From Alphaproteobacteria bacterium (GTDB lineage Bacteria; Pseudomonadota; Alphaproteobacteria; SHWA01): a stretch of DNA of 64,000 nt. Of this stretch, positions 10,014 to 19,195 are shown piece after piece (the stretch's first letter is position 1; the number at the start of each line of letters is the position of its first letter). The notes beneath the pieces were generated by a model. That model was not told where the DNA came from. It searched no databases and was given only the letters and a program-made list of their open reading frames with translations. Location: the NCBI GenBank assembly GCA_009693995.1, contig SHWA01000001.1, positions 6,377 to 70,376 on the forward strand, written 5' to 3'. The position numbers and the translations under genes are program-made.

Positions 10014-11630
10014 CTAGGCCCGCCGTCCCTGCTGCAGCGTCTCGGCCACCATCGCGCGCAGGCGGAACTTCTGGATCTTGCCCGAGGGTGTCATGGGTAG
10101 GGCTTGCACCACCTCGACCCGCTCGGGCCATTTCTGCTTCGCCACTCCGGCGTCGTGCATCCACCGTTGCACCTCGGCCAGGCCGAGGGCGGCGCCGGGC
10201 TTGGTGATCACGTAGGCGCAGACCCGCTCGCCGAGCCTCGGGTCCGGCATGCCGACGACCGCCACGTTGGCGACCGCGGGGTGCGCGAACAGCACGTCCT
10301 CGACCTCAACGGGGGAGATGTTCACCCCACCACGAATGATCAGGTCCTTGATCCGACCGGTGATCTTGACGTAGCCGTCGCCGTCCATGCGCGCCTGATC
10401 GCCGGTGCGGAACCAGCCATCGGCCTGGTAACTCTTGGCGGTCAGCTCCGGCTGGCGGTAATAGCCCATGGTCACCATGGGACCCTTGGCCATCAGCTCG
10501 CCGTCGGCCCCGGGTGCCACGGTGTCGCCACCCGCATCCACCACCTTCAGCTCCATGCCGCCACAGGGCAGCCCGTCGGTGGTGTAGAGCTTCTCCTCCG
10601 GGCAGTCGAACGGGCAGGTGGTGACGCCGCCGCATTCGGTCATGCCCCAGAGCGGCGAGGTGAACGTCGCCGGCATGGCGGCGCGGGCGTCGCGCACCAG
10701 CTTCTCCGGGATCGACGCGCCGCCGCAGAGAAACAGGCGGACCGATTGCAGCGCGCCCCGCCGGGCAAGGTCCGGATGGTAGACTAGGTCGAGCAGGAAC
10801 GGGGTCGCCGCCGCCATGAAGGTCGGGCGCTCGCGCTCGATCATGGCCAGCGCCGCCGCCGGCTCCCAACGCTCCAGCAGCACGATCGACCCGCCGATGG
10901 TGAGGGTCATGCGCACCGCGTGGGTGAAACCGACGGAGTGGCCGAGAGGGGAGCAGCCGAAAATGCGGTCGCCCTCGTTCAGGCCGTAGCGGGCGATGAA
11001 TCCGGCGTTGGTCGCCGCCAGGATCCGGCTCGACCACATGGCGCCCTTGAGATCGCCGGTGGTGCCCGAGGTGAAGCCGAGGGCGGTCAGATCGTCGCTG
11101 CCGGGGGCGAGCTTGGCGAGCGCGCCGGGATCGTCGCCGGCTGGCCAGGAGCGCGCCAGCAGGTCCTCGTAGGAAAGGCACCCCGCCCGCGCCACCGCCT
11201 CGCCGCCGCCGACCAGAATGACATGCGCGAGACCCGGCGCCTCGGCGCGCAACCACTCCGCCATGGCGCCATAGTCGAAATCGCGGAACCGGGCCGGCAC
11301 CACCAGGGCCTTCGCCCTGGTCTGGGCGAGGAGCGCGCGCAGCTCGCGCTCGCGGTAGACGAGTGGGATGGTCGCCGTCACCGCGCCGATCCGCGTCAGC
11401 GCCAGATGCAAAACGATGAACGGCGCCCAGTTGGGCAGTTGCAGGATCACCACGTCCCCGCGCCCGAGGTCGTGGGCGAGGAGGGCGGCGGCCAGGCGCT
11501 CCACCTGCTCCGCCACCTGGGCATAGGTGAGGCGGCCGTAGTGCGCATCGACCACCAGCTCGCGCCGGGGATCGCGCGCCGCGATTCCCGCCAGCCGGTC
11601 GGTGATGAGCCCGGTCGCCGCCGCGGTCAT
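10014..11630 (-). CDS. AMP-dependent synthetase/ligase (acyl-CoA synthetase, class I adenylate-forming)
   Basis: 538 aa; AMP-binding motif LGFTSGTTGDLKGAMW, ...GWFRTGD..., ...PSGKIQK C-terminal lysine motif. Confidence 0.9.
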   Translation of the reverse strand: MTAAATGLITDRLAGIAARDPRRELVVDAHYGRLTYAQVAEQVERLAAALLAHDLGRGDVVILQLPNWAPFIVLHLALTRIGAVTATIPLVYRERELRALLAQTRAKALVVPARFRDFDYGAMAEWLRAEAPGLAHVILVGGGEAVARAGCLSYEDLLARSWPAGDDPGALAKLAPGSDDLTALGFTSGTTGDLKGAMWSSRILAATNAGFIARYGLNEGDRIFGCSPLGHSVGFTHAVRMTLTIGGSIVLLERWEPAAALAMIERERPTFMAAATPFLLDLVYHPDLARRGALQSVRLFLCGGASIPEKLVRDARAAMPATFTSPLWGMTECGGVTTCPFDCPEEKLYTTDGLPCGGMELKVVDAGGDTVAPGADGELMAKGPMVTMGYYRQPELTAKSYQADGWFRTGDQARMDGDGYVKITGRIKDLIIRGGVNISPVEVEDVLFAHPAVANVAVVGMPDPRLGERVCAYVITKPGAALGLAEVQRWMHDAGVAKQKWPERVEVVQALPMTPSGKIQKFRLRAMVAETLQQGRRA

Positions 11631-12565
11631 GACACCCGGCCGGGCGCGATCTGGTCGAGCGCAGGCATCACCTCGCGCGCCAGGCGCTCCAGATGCCGGC
11701 GCCGGTCGTTCGGCGGCATGATCGGCGCGAGGATCAGGTAGTTGGCCCCGGCCTCGACGTACTTGGCGAGATACTCCGTGATCCGCGCCGGCGGGCCAAA
11801 GGCGCAGTATTTCTCCACCAACTGCGCGAAGTCCTGGTCGTAGCGGTAGCTCAGCTCCTTGACGCCCGAGGCGCGCGCCTTGGCCACGTCGTCGTCAAGC
11901 GCGACATAGATGAAGCAGGCGAACACGTAGTCCGCAGGCAGCTCGCGGCCGCCCTCACGGGCGAACTGCTTCACCTGGGTGAAGGAGTCGCGGCATCGGT
12001 CGGCCGTGTACATGTACGGGTGCCAGCCGTCGCCGAGCTTGGCGGCGCGGCGCATGGGCCCCTCCTGCCGCCCCGACACCCAGATCGGGATGGTGCCGTT
12101 CACGGGACGCGGCAGCATGTCCACGTCCGCGAGATCGAAGATCTTGCCCTTGTAGTCGAAGCGCTTGCCCGACCAGTACTGGCGCATGATCTCGATCGCT
12201 TCGGTCGAGCGCTGGCCGCGCTCGTTGATCGGCACGCCGCAGCCGGCGAACTCGCGCGGGTAGTCGCCGCCGACGCCGACCGTCAGCAGCACGCGGCCGC
12301 CCGACAGCACGTCGAGGCACGAAAACTGCTTGGCCACCATGGTCGGGTGGCGCAAGGGAAGCAGCAGGGTCGCCGGCCCGATCTTGATGCGCGACGTCAG
12401 CGCCGCCGCCCAGGCGAGCGTGGTCACCGCCTCCAGGATCGGGCGGTGGTAGACGATATGCTCGCCGGTCCAGAAGCTGTGGTAGCCGAACTCCTCGACC
12501 GAGCGGATGTCGGCGGCCTGCCAATGGTCGCCCCCACAGGTGATCCCGATCTTCGCCGACATCAC
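11627..12565 (-). CDS. LLM-class flavin-dependent oxidoreductase (luciferase-like monooxygenase)
   Basis: 312 aa; luciferase-like TIM-barrel sequence (SFWTGEH ... GDGW); overlaps AMP-ligase start by 4 nt. Confidence 0.8.
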   Translation of the reverse strand: MMSAKIGITCGGDHWQAADIRSVEEFGYHSFWTGEHIVYHRPILEAVTTLAWAAALTSRIKIGPATLLLPLRHPTMVAKQFSCLDVLSGGRVLLTVGVGGDYPREFAGCGVPINERGQRSTEAIEIMRQYWSGKRFDYKGKIFDLADVDMLPRPVNGTIPIWVSGRQEGPMRRAAKLGDGWHPYMYTADRCRDSFTQVKQFAREGGRELPADYVFACFIYVALDDDVAKARASGVKELSYRYDQDFAQLVEKYCAFGPPARITEYLAKYVEAGANYLILAPIMPPNDRRRHLERLAREVMPALDQIAPGRVS

Positions 12566-12574
12566 CGCCTCTCC

Positions 12575-14257
12575 TTACTCGGCCGCCCGGGCGTGGCCGT
12601 AGTCCGCGCGCGCGGCCGCGCGGCCGATCTTCTCCTCGCGCAGGTCGCGCTGGATCGCTTCCTGCGCGCGCTCCGCCGGTGCGCCGTAGCCTCCGCCGCC
12701 CTGCGTCCACATGCTGAGCACGTCGCCCCGGTGCAGGCGCAGGTTCACGTTCTTGGAGGCGAGCTCCCTGGGCGCCGGCCCGTCCGGGTTCAGCACCAGG
12801 CGCCCGGTCTTCCCCGAGCCGCCGCCGAACAGGCCGAAGGGCGCCACCTTGAATTTGTCGAACTGGGTCTCGACCGCGCCGACCTCGTCCAGGAACTCGA
12901 TGTCGCGGCGCACGCCGAGCCCGCCGCGGAAGCGCCCGGCTCCGCCGGTGTCGGGGATGAACTCGTAACGCTTGAAGCGCAGCGGATAGTTCAGCTCGAC
13001 CATCTCGATCGGCGTGTTGGCGAGGTTGTGGATGCCTTGCGAGTAGCAGTCGAGGCCGTCCTTGGTGGCGCGCGCGCCGCCGCCGCCGACCTCGATGTCG
13101 AACAGAATCCAGCCGCGGCGGTCGGCGCCCTCGCCTTCGCCCGAGAGGATGTAGACGTTGGACATGCCGTAATAGGCCGCCGTGATCCGCTCGGGCACCA
13201 CCTTGGAGAGTGCCATCATCAGGGCGTTGACGATGGTGTGGGTGATCGCGTTGCGCCCGACCACCGGGGCCGGCGGATTGGCGTTCACCACGGTGCCTGC
13301 GGGCGCGGTGATGGTGATCGGGCGATAGACGCCGTAATTGGCCGGGATGGTCGGGTCGAGGATCGAGAGGATGGCGAAATAGGTCGCCGATTCGCACGAC
13401 GAAATGGTGGCGTTGATGGGCGCGCGGCGCTGTCGGTCGGTGCCGGTGAAATCGACGTGGATGCCACCGTCCTTGATCGTGATCCTGGTCGCGATCCGGA
13501 TCGGCTCATCGACCACGCCGTCGTCATCCACGTAGTAGACGCCCTCGAACGTGCCTTCGGGCAGCTCACGGATGCGCTCGCGCAGCCGTGATTCGGAGAT
13601 GTCGACCGCGTCCAGCATGCAGTCGCGAAAGCCCTCGGCGCCGTAGCGCTCCACCAGATCGAGGACGCCGGCGCGGCCGATCTCGAGCGCCGCCGCCTGG
13701 GCGCGCAGGTCGCCGATCGTCTGTTCCGGCTGGCGGATGTTGGCCTCGATCAGGTCGAACAGGCGCTGGTTCAGCTTGCCGGCCTCGAACAGCTTGATCG
13801 GCGGGATGCGCAGTCCCTCCTGGTAGATCTCGACCGCATCTCCGGCATAGCTGCCGGGACGCATGCCGCCGACATCGAGATGGTGGCCGAGGGTGCCGCA
13901 GATCGCCACCATCTCGCCGCCCGCGAACACCGGCAGGAAGGTCTGAATGTCGGGCAGGTGCTGACCGCCGCGGTAGGGATCGTTGGTGATGATGATGTCA
14001 CCTTCATGCCACTCGATCTTGGGGAACGACTGGTCGAGGGTGGTGCGCAGCGACCGCGACATGGAATTGAGGTGGATCGGGATGCGGCACGACTGGGCGA
14101 TGATCCGCCCCTCGGGGTCGAACACGGCCGTCGAGTAGTCCAGCATTTCGCGGATGACGGTCGAATAGGACGTGCGCAGGATGGTCGCCGCCATCTGCTC
14201 GGCGACGCCGACGAGGGCGTTGTTGACCACTTCGAGGGTGATGGGATCGACGCGCAT
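12575..14257 (-). CDS. Hydantoinase B / 5-oxoprolinase family protein (HyuB-like)
   Basis: 560 aa; hydantoinase_B family features (DPYRGGQHLPD, GGGGYG); 4 nt after hyuA stop. Confidence 0.9.
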   Translation of the reverse strand: MRVDPITLEVVNNALVGVAEQMAATILRTSYSTVIREMLDYSTAVFDPEGRIIAQSCRIPIHLNSMSRSLRTTLDQSFPKIEWHEGDIIITNDPYRGGQHLPDIQTFLPVFAGGEMVAICGTLGHHLDVGGMRPGSYAGDAVEIYQEGLRIPPIKLFEAGKLNQRLFDLIEANIRQPEQTIGDLRAQAAALEIGRAGVLDLVERYGAEGFRDCMLDAVDISESRLRERIRELPEGTFEGVYYVDDDGVVDEPIRIATRITIKDGGIHVDFTGTDRQRRAPINATISSCESATYFAILSILDPTIPANYGVYRPITITAPAGTVVNANPPAPVVGRNAITHTIVNALMMALSKVVPERITAAYYGMSNVYILSGEGEGADRRGWILFDIEVGGGGARATKDGLDCYSQGIHNLANTPIEMVELNYPLRFKRYEFIPDTGGAGRFRGGLGVRRDIEFLDEVGAVETQFDKFKVAPFGLFGGGSGKTGRLVLNPDGPAPRELASKNVNLRLHRGDVLSMWTQGGGGYGAPAERAQEAIQRDLREEKIGRAAARADYGHARAAE

Positions 14258-14261
14258 GGTC

Positions 14262-16319
14262 TCAGCTCCCGATCGCGATCAGCAGGTTGCCGAAGTCGTC
14301 CACCCGCGCCTTCTGGCCCGGGTGGATGACGGTGGTGGTGTCGATCTGTTCGACGATGGCCGGCCCGGCGATGGTGGCGCCAGGCCCCAGGCGCTCGCGG
14401 TCGTAGACGGCGGTCGCGACATAGCCCGCGGCCTCGTCGAAATAGACCTGGCGCCGTTCCTTGGGAACGACGGCCCCGCCATTCGCCTTCGCGCGTGGCT
14501 GGATCGGCGGCGCCGACATCAGCCCGAGCGCGGCAATCCGCGCGCTCACGAACTCGACCGCCTTGTCGGGGTGGTTGTGGGCGAAGGACTGCAGGTGCCG
14601 ATCATGGAAGCGCAGGACCAGCGCCGCGACCGCCGCCGCGTCCAGGGTGCCCGCCGGCAGGGCCACGTTCACTTCGTAGGCCTGGCCGGCATAGCGCAGA
14701 TCGGCGGTGCGCTGCAGCAGCCGCTTCGCGCGCGGCACGCCATCTTCGGCGAGGGCCGCGTCGGCTTCGGCCTCGAGCGCGGCATAGAGCGGCGCGACCG
14801 CCGCCGGGGTGATTGCCGCCCCGCGCAGGACTCGGGTCTGCACCGCGTCGTGGCGGATGTCGGCCATCACCAGGCCAACCGCCGAGAACACGCCCGGCTG
14901 TTCGGGCACCAGGACGCTGGGAATGCGCGCCGCCTGGGCCAGCGCCGCGGCGTGCATCGGGCCGGCGCCGCCGAAAGCAACCAGGGTGATGCTGCGCGGG
15001 TCGTACCCTTTTTCGGCCGAGGAGACGCGCACCGCGCGCTCCATGTTGGCGTTGGCGATGCGGATGATCCCGGCCGCGGCCTGCTCGACGCTGAGCTTGA
15101 GCGGCGCACCCACCCGCTCCGCGATTGCCCGCCGGGCCGCCTCGCGGTCGAGGCGGATGTCGCCACTGGCGAACCGATCGGGGTGCAGCCGGCCGAGCAC
15201 CAGGTTGGCGTCGGTCACGGTCGGCTCGGTGCCGCCGCGGCCATAGGCGACGGGGCCGGGATCGGCGCCGGCGCTCATGGGCCCGACGTGCAGGCCGCCG
15301 GCGCTGTCGAGCCAGGCGATCGATCCGGCCCCGGCGCCGATGGTGTTGATCTCGATCATCGGCAGCTTCACGGGGCGCCCGGCGACCGCGCCCTCGGTGG
15401 TCATGCGGAGTTCCCCCCGGTGGATGAGGGAGATGTCGGTCGAAGTGCCGCCCATGTCGACACCGAGCAGGTTGTCGTAGGCGGTCGCCTTGCCGATCCG
15501 CTGCACGGCGAGCGCGCCACCGGCCGGACCAGAGGTGAGCATGCGCACCGGGTAGTTCTGCGCCGCCCCGACGGTCAGCGACCCCCCGCTGGACTGCATG
15601 AGCAGCACCTTGGCGTTCGGCAGCACCGCACCGACCCGGCCCGCGATCTCGCTCAAATAGCGGGCGACGAGGGGCATCGCGGCGGCGTTCAGCGCCACGG
15701 TGCTCATGCGCTCGTACTCGCGGATCTCGCGGCAGACCTCGCAACTGGCGGAGACATGGATGCCGGGCAGCTCCGCCCGCGCCCAATCCCGCACCTTGGC
15801 CTCGTTGGCCGGATTGACGAAGGAGTTGAGGAAGCAGATGGCGAGCGCTTCGGCGCCGCTCTCCTTCACCTGGGCGAGCAGGCGCTGCACCTCCTGGCGC
15901 TCGGGCTCGCGGATGACCTCACCAGTCGCGGTGGTGCGCTCGGCCACGCCGAAGCGGCGGTCGCGCGGTACCACGGGCGGGGCCTTGTCCTGTTGCAGGT
16001 CGTACATGTCGGGGCGGAAATGGCGCCCGATCTCGAGGATGTCGCGGAACCCCTCGGTGGTGAGCAGGGCGGTCTTCGGCAGTTTGTTCTCGAGCACCGC
16101 GTTGGTGACGATAGTGGTGCCGTGCACCAGAAGCGTCACGTCGCCGGGGGCGACCTTGGCCAGTTCCAGCCCGCGCCGCACCGCATCCACCAGCGCCCCC
16201 GCCGGGTCGCCGCGCCGGCTCGGCACCTTGGCGATCGCCAGCCGCCCCGTCGCCTCGTCCAGCACCGTGATGTCGGTGAAGGTGCCGCCGATGTCGATGC
16301 CGATGCGAACCGCGCCCAT
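14262..16319 (-). CDS. Hydantoinase A / oxoprolinase family protein (HyuA-like, ATP-dependent)
   Basis: 685 aa from ATG 16317-16319 (MGAVRIGIDIGGTFTD = ASKHA ATPase phosphate-1 motif); the 842-aa track ORF is an upstream run-through. Confidence 0.9.
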   Translation of the reverse strand: MGAVRIGIDIGGTFTDITVLDEATGRLAIAKVPSRRGDPAGALVDAVRRGLELAKVAPGDVTLLVHGTTIVTNAVLENKLPKTALLTTEGFRDILEIGRHFRPDMYDLQQDKAPPVVPRDRRFGVAERTTATGEVIREPERQEVQRLLAQVKESGAEALAICFLNSFVNPANEAKVRDWARAELPGIHVSASCEVCREIREYERMSTVALNAAAMPLVARYLSEIAGRVGAVLPNAKVLLMQSSGGSLTVGAAQNYPVRMLTSGPAGGALAVQRIGKATAYDNLLGVDMGGTSTDISLIHRGELRMTTEGAVAGRPVKLPMIEINTIGAGAGSIAWLDSAGGLHVGPMSAGADPGPVAYGRGGTEPTVTDANLVLGRLHPDRFASGDIRLDREAARRAIAERVGAPLKLSVEQAAAGIIRIANANMERAVRVSSAEKGYDPRSITLVAFGGAGPMHAAALAQAARIPSVLVPEQPGVFSAVGLVMADIRHDAVQTRVLRGAAITPAAVAPLYAALEAEADAALAEDGVPRAKRLLQRTADLRYAGQAYEVNVALPAGTLDAAAVAALVLRFHDRHLQSFAHNHPDKAVEFVSARIAALGLMSAPPIQPRAKANGGAVVPKERRQVYFDEAAGYVATAVYDRERLGPGATIAGPAIVEQIDTTTVIHPGQKARVDDFGNLLIAIGS

Positions 16320-16330
16320 GACCCCGTCCT

Positions 16331-17134
16331 TCACTTCCCGGCCGCGCCGCCCAAGGCCGACGGCCGCGTCCGTTTGGCTCGCGCCGGCCGCGCCGCCAAT
16401 GGGCTCGCGCGCCGGTTGAAGCCGATGGCGAAGTGGAACTTGCAGCGGTCGACGCGGTAGCTGATGGTGCCGGCCTCGATCGGCGTGCCGCCGGCGATGC
16501 GCCAGGTGTAGGTGTTGGCCAGCACCAGCGTGCGCGGGCCGACGTCGAGTGCCGCCGCCACGTCGCGCGGTGCCGGCGTGATCTCGCTGTCCCAGTCCGA
16601 CTCGACAATCGGCGACCCAACCAGGTCCTCGATCACCTCGGAGGCATCGCGGTGCTCGACCCGTTTCGGGTCGAGCCGCGCCGCGATCCAGGCTGGATAG
16701 TAACGCCGGTCGTGGCAGACGATGCGCCCGTCGACCAGGCGCACCAGGCTCAGGCAGCCGACCTGGCTGTCCGCTGGCAGACCCAGGCAAAGGCGCATGG
16801 CGGTCGGCGCCGGCATCACCGGCTCATAGCTGAGGATGCGCGTCACGAAGGCGACGCCCTGGCTGGCCAGGTCCTGCTCGAAACTGGTGAGGGGCGCAAA
16901 GCGGCGGGTGATCTTGGGTGGATTGACGGTGGTGCCGCGACCGCGCAGCCGGGATACCAGGCCACCCCGCTCCAGCAGATCGAGCGCGCCGCGGACCGTG
17001 ATGCGGCTGACCCGGAATCGCTCGGCCAGTTGCTCTTCGGTCGGCAGCAGCGAGTTGGGGCCGAGGCGGCCGATCTCGCCCTCGAGCCAAGCCGCCACGT
17101 CGAGATAGAGCGGAGAACGGGTGCCGCCAGCCAT
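16331..17134 (-). CDS. GntR-family transcriptional regulator (HutC/UTRA subfamily)
   Basis: 268 aa from ATG 17132-17134; N-terminal wHTH (LPTEEQLAERFRVSRITVRGALDLLERGGLV) plus UTRA effector domain; first gene of the minus-strand operon. Confidence 0.85.
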   Translation of the reverse strand: MAGGTRSPLYLDVAAWLEGEIGRLGPNSLLPTEEQLAERFRVSRITVRGALDLLERGGLVSRLRGRGTTVNPPKITRRFAPLTSFEQDLASQGVAFVTRILSYEPVMPAPTAMRLCLGLPADSQVGCLSLVRLVDGRIVCHDRRYYPAWIAARLDPKRVEHRDASEVIEDLVGSPIVESDWDSEITPAPRDVAAALDVGPRTLVLANTYTWRIAGGTPIEAGTISYRVDRCKFHFAIGFNRRASPLAARPARAKRTRPSALGGAAGK

Positions 17135-17203
17135 CGATCTCCCCCAGACCCATACCAGCGGGCCGAGACTGGCGCGGCATGGCGACGTTGTCAATACTGA
17201 TAA

Positions 17204-17211
17204 GTTATAAC
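17204..17211. promoter_or_regulatory. Candidate GntR operator: perfect palindrome GTTATAAC in the AT-rich leader
   Basis: GT-N4-AC arrangement typical of GntR-family sites, inside the only AT-rich stretch (17190-17225) between gntR and cyt b561. Confidence 0.4.
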
Positions 17212-17234
17212 ATTTACAGTCAGCCGCCGCCCCC

Positions 17235-17759
17235 TCAGGGCCACATGCGACGCAGGATCCCGTCGCGCTGGATCAGGTGGTGCTGTAACGCCGCGCCAAT
17301 GTGCGCGGCGATCAGGGTGGCCAGCGACAAGCCGGTCCAGCCGTGCCAATAGAGGATCGCCTCGCCGAGGCCCTGGTTCTTGGCCACCAGTGGCGGCAGC
17401 GCGAACAGCCAGAAGACCGTGATCGGCGCGCCATAGGCCGAAGTGCCCCACCAGCCGACCAGCGGATTCAGCAGCAGCAGGAGATAGAGCGCACCGTGAA
17501 CGGTCATGGCCGCGCGTTGCTGCCAGGCGGGCATGGTCGCCGGCAGGGGCGGCGCCGGGTGGCTCAGGCGATAGAGCAATCGGGCGACAACCAGGGGAAA
17601 CAGGACCACGCCGATGGACCGGTGCAGGTCGTAGCCGAAGTCCTGGATGCGCCCCTGCCGCAGCTCGGAGAGTGCCAAACCGAGCGGCACCATGGTGAGT
17701 ACCAGCGCGGCCGTGGTCCAGTGAAAGGCTCGCGCGACCGGCGTGTAACGCTCGCCCAT
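17235..17759 (-). CDS. Cytochrome b561 family protein
   Basis: 174 aa, 4 predicted TM helices with conserved His (FHWTTA..., ...HGALY..., ...HIGAALQHH). Confidence 0.75.
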   Translation of the reverse strand: MGERYTPVARAFHWTTAALVLTMVPLGLALSELRQGRIQDFGYDLHRSIGVVLFPLVVARLLYRLSHPAPPLPATMPAWQQRAAMTVHGALYLLLLLNPLVGWWGTSAYGAPITVFWLFALPPLVAKNQGLGEAILYWHGWTGLSLATLIAAHIGAALQHHLIQRDGILRRMWP

Positions 17760-17765
17760 AGGGGC

Positions 17766-18911
17766 TCAGCGCCGGCGGGCCGCGTGCCGCAACGGCTCGG
17801 GGTCGATCTCGTCCAGCAGATGGCCGACCCGGGTCGCCTTGGCTTCCAGATAGCGGCGGTTCTCGTGATTGACCGGCGCGATCACCGGCAGCCGATCGAC
17901 CACCGTGACACCGGCCGCCGCCACGGCGTCGATCTTGGACGGGTTGTTGGTCAGCAGCATGATGCGCGTGACGCCGAGCAACTCCAGCATGCGCGCGGCC
18001 ACGTCGTAGTGTCGTTCGTCGTGCTCGAAGCCGAGCGTGGTGTTGGCATCGAAGGTGTCCAGCCCGCGGTCCTGCAGGACATAGGCGCGCATCTTGTTGG
18101 CCAGGCCGATGCCGCGGCCCTCCTGGTCGAGATAGAGTACGACCCCGCCGCCACGCTCGTGCATCATCTCGGTGGCGATGCGCAACTGGTCGCCGCAGTC
18201 GCAGCGCAGCGACCCGAACACGTCCCCGGTCAGGCAGGCGGAATGCAGCCGCACAGGAACCACGCCGGCGAGGTCGGGCTGGCCGATCAAGACCGCCGTC
18301 GACAGGCGTCCCAACACGTCGCGGAACACGACCAACTGGCTGTCATGGGCGGCGCGCAAGGGAACCCGGGCGCGGCTGACGATCTCGAGCGACCGTGCCC
18401 GCATCGCCTCGAACTCGGCGATGCGCTCGGCCGGCAGGGTGATCAAGCCGTCCAAGGCGACCCCCGGCGCGACCCGCGCCACCACCGGTGCCGGCAGCAG
18501 GAGCGCGAGCTTGGCGAGGGCAATTGCCGCCGCCGCGGCTTCATCGCCCGGAACCGCCCGCTGGGTCGGCCGCACCGGCTCGCCTGCCGCCAGCTCCGCG
18601 ATCCAGGTGCTGGTCACCTCCGGTGCCAGGTCGATCATGGTCACGCGATCCCCGAGGCCGAGGGCCGCGGCCCGGTGACCGGAAATGGCGAGGGCGAGGG
18701 CGCCACCCCGCGCCACTCGCCGCAAGGCCGCGAGCGCCGCCGGCTCCGCCGCCTCGGCGGACAACGCCAGCAGCCGGACGCCGCCCGCCTGCAAGACCAC
18801 GGGCCGGCCGGCCTGAAGCTCGGCAATGCCACGCTCGATCGCCACGGCGGCCGGCTCGACCCCCGGTTTGGCAAAGAGACTGGATAGATCCTTCAAGACC
18901 TTGGTCCTCAA
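17766..18911 (-). CDS. ribA: GTP cyclohydrolase II with degenerate N-terminal RibB-like domain
   Basis: 381 aa; C-terminal GCHII signature RLHSACLTGDVFGSLRCDCG ... zinc/GTP motifs; N-terminal ~170 aa resembles DHBP synthase but lacks acidic catalytic motif. Confidence 0.8.
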   Translation of the reverse strand: MRTKVLKDLSSLFAKPGVEPAAVAIERGIAELQAGRPVVLQAGGVRLLALSAEAAEPAALAALRRVARGGALALAISGHRAAALGLGDRVTMIDLAPEVTSTWIAELAAGEPVRPTQRAVPGDEAAAAAIALAKLALLLPAPVVARVAPGVALDGLITLPAERIAEFEAMRARSLEIVSRARVPLRAAHDSQLVVFRDVLGRLSTAVLIGQPDLAGVVPVRLHSACLTGDVFGSLRCDCGDQLRIATEMMHERGGGVVLYLDQEGRGIGLANKMRAYVLQDRGLDTFDANTTLGFEHDERHYDVAARMLELLGVTRIMLLTNNPSKIDAVAAAGVTVVDRLPVIAPVNHENRRYLEAKATRVGHLLDEIDPEPLRHAARRR

Positions 18912-19195
18912 ATCATCCGCGCATCGCCATCACTGTCCCCGGTCGGAAGTCCGTTACGCATGGGTTCGCGAACTGCCAATCTTAGGCTGAAGGCATGGCG
19001 CGCGCCCTCGCGCCGCCGTGCTCCACGCCCGAGCCGTGCTCTGCGCTGTCTTTTTGCCCCAAGTCACCGCCAACGAGACCTGCCGGATCGGTTCCTGACG
19101 CGGCCCGACATTACCCCTGCAACCGAGCAACATCAATGGCTTCGACGCCAACCGTACCTTGATGGACAGACATTTTTTCGTGACGCGGCGCCGGG

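Noticed and set aside
14262-16790. 842-aa ORF as one hydantoinase
   Set aside because: The first 157 aa are low-complexity Arg/Gly/Pro-rich sequence overlapping gntR antisense. The conserved MGAVRIGIDIGGT start at 16319 gives a normal 685-aa HyuA.
18912-19195. Possible FMN riboswitch upstream of ribA
   Set aside because: I could not find the conserved RFN-element blocks (GGGCAGGGTGAAATTCCC…, …AGTCCGGATG…) on either strand by eye. A covariance-model scan is needed before calling anything.
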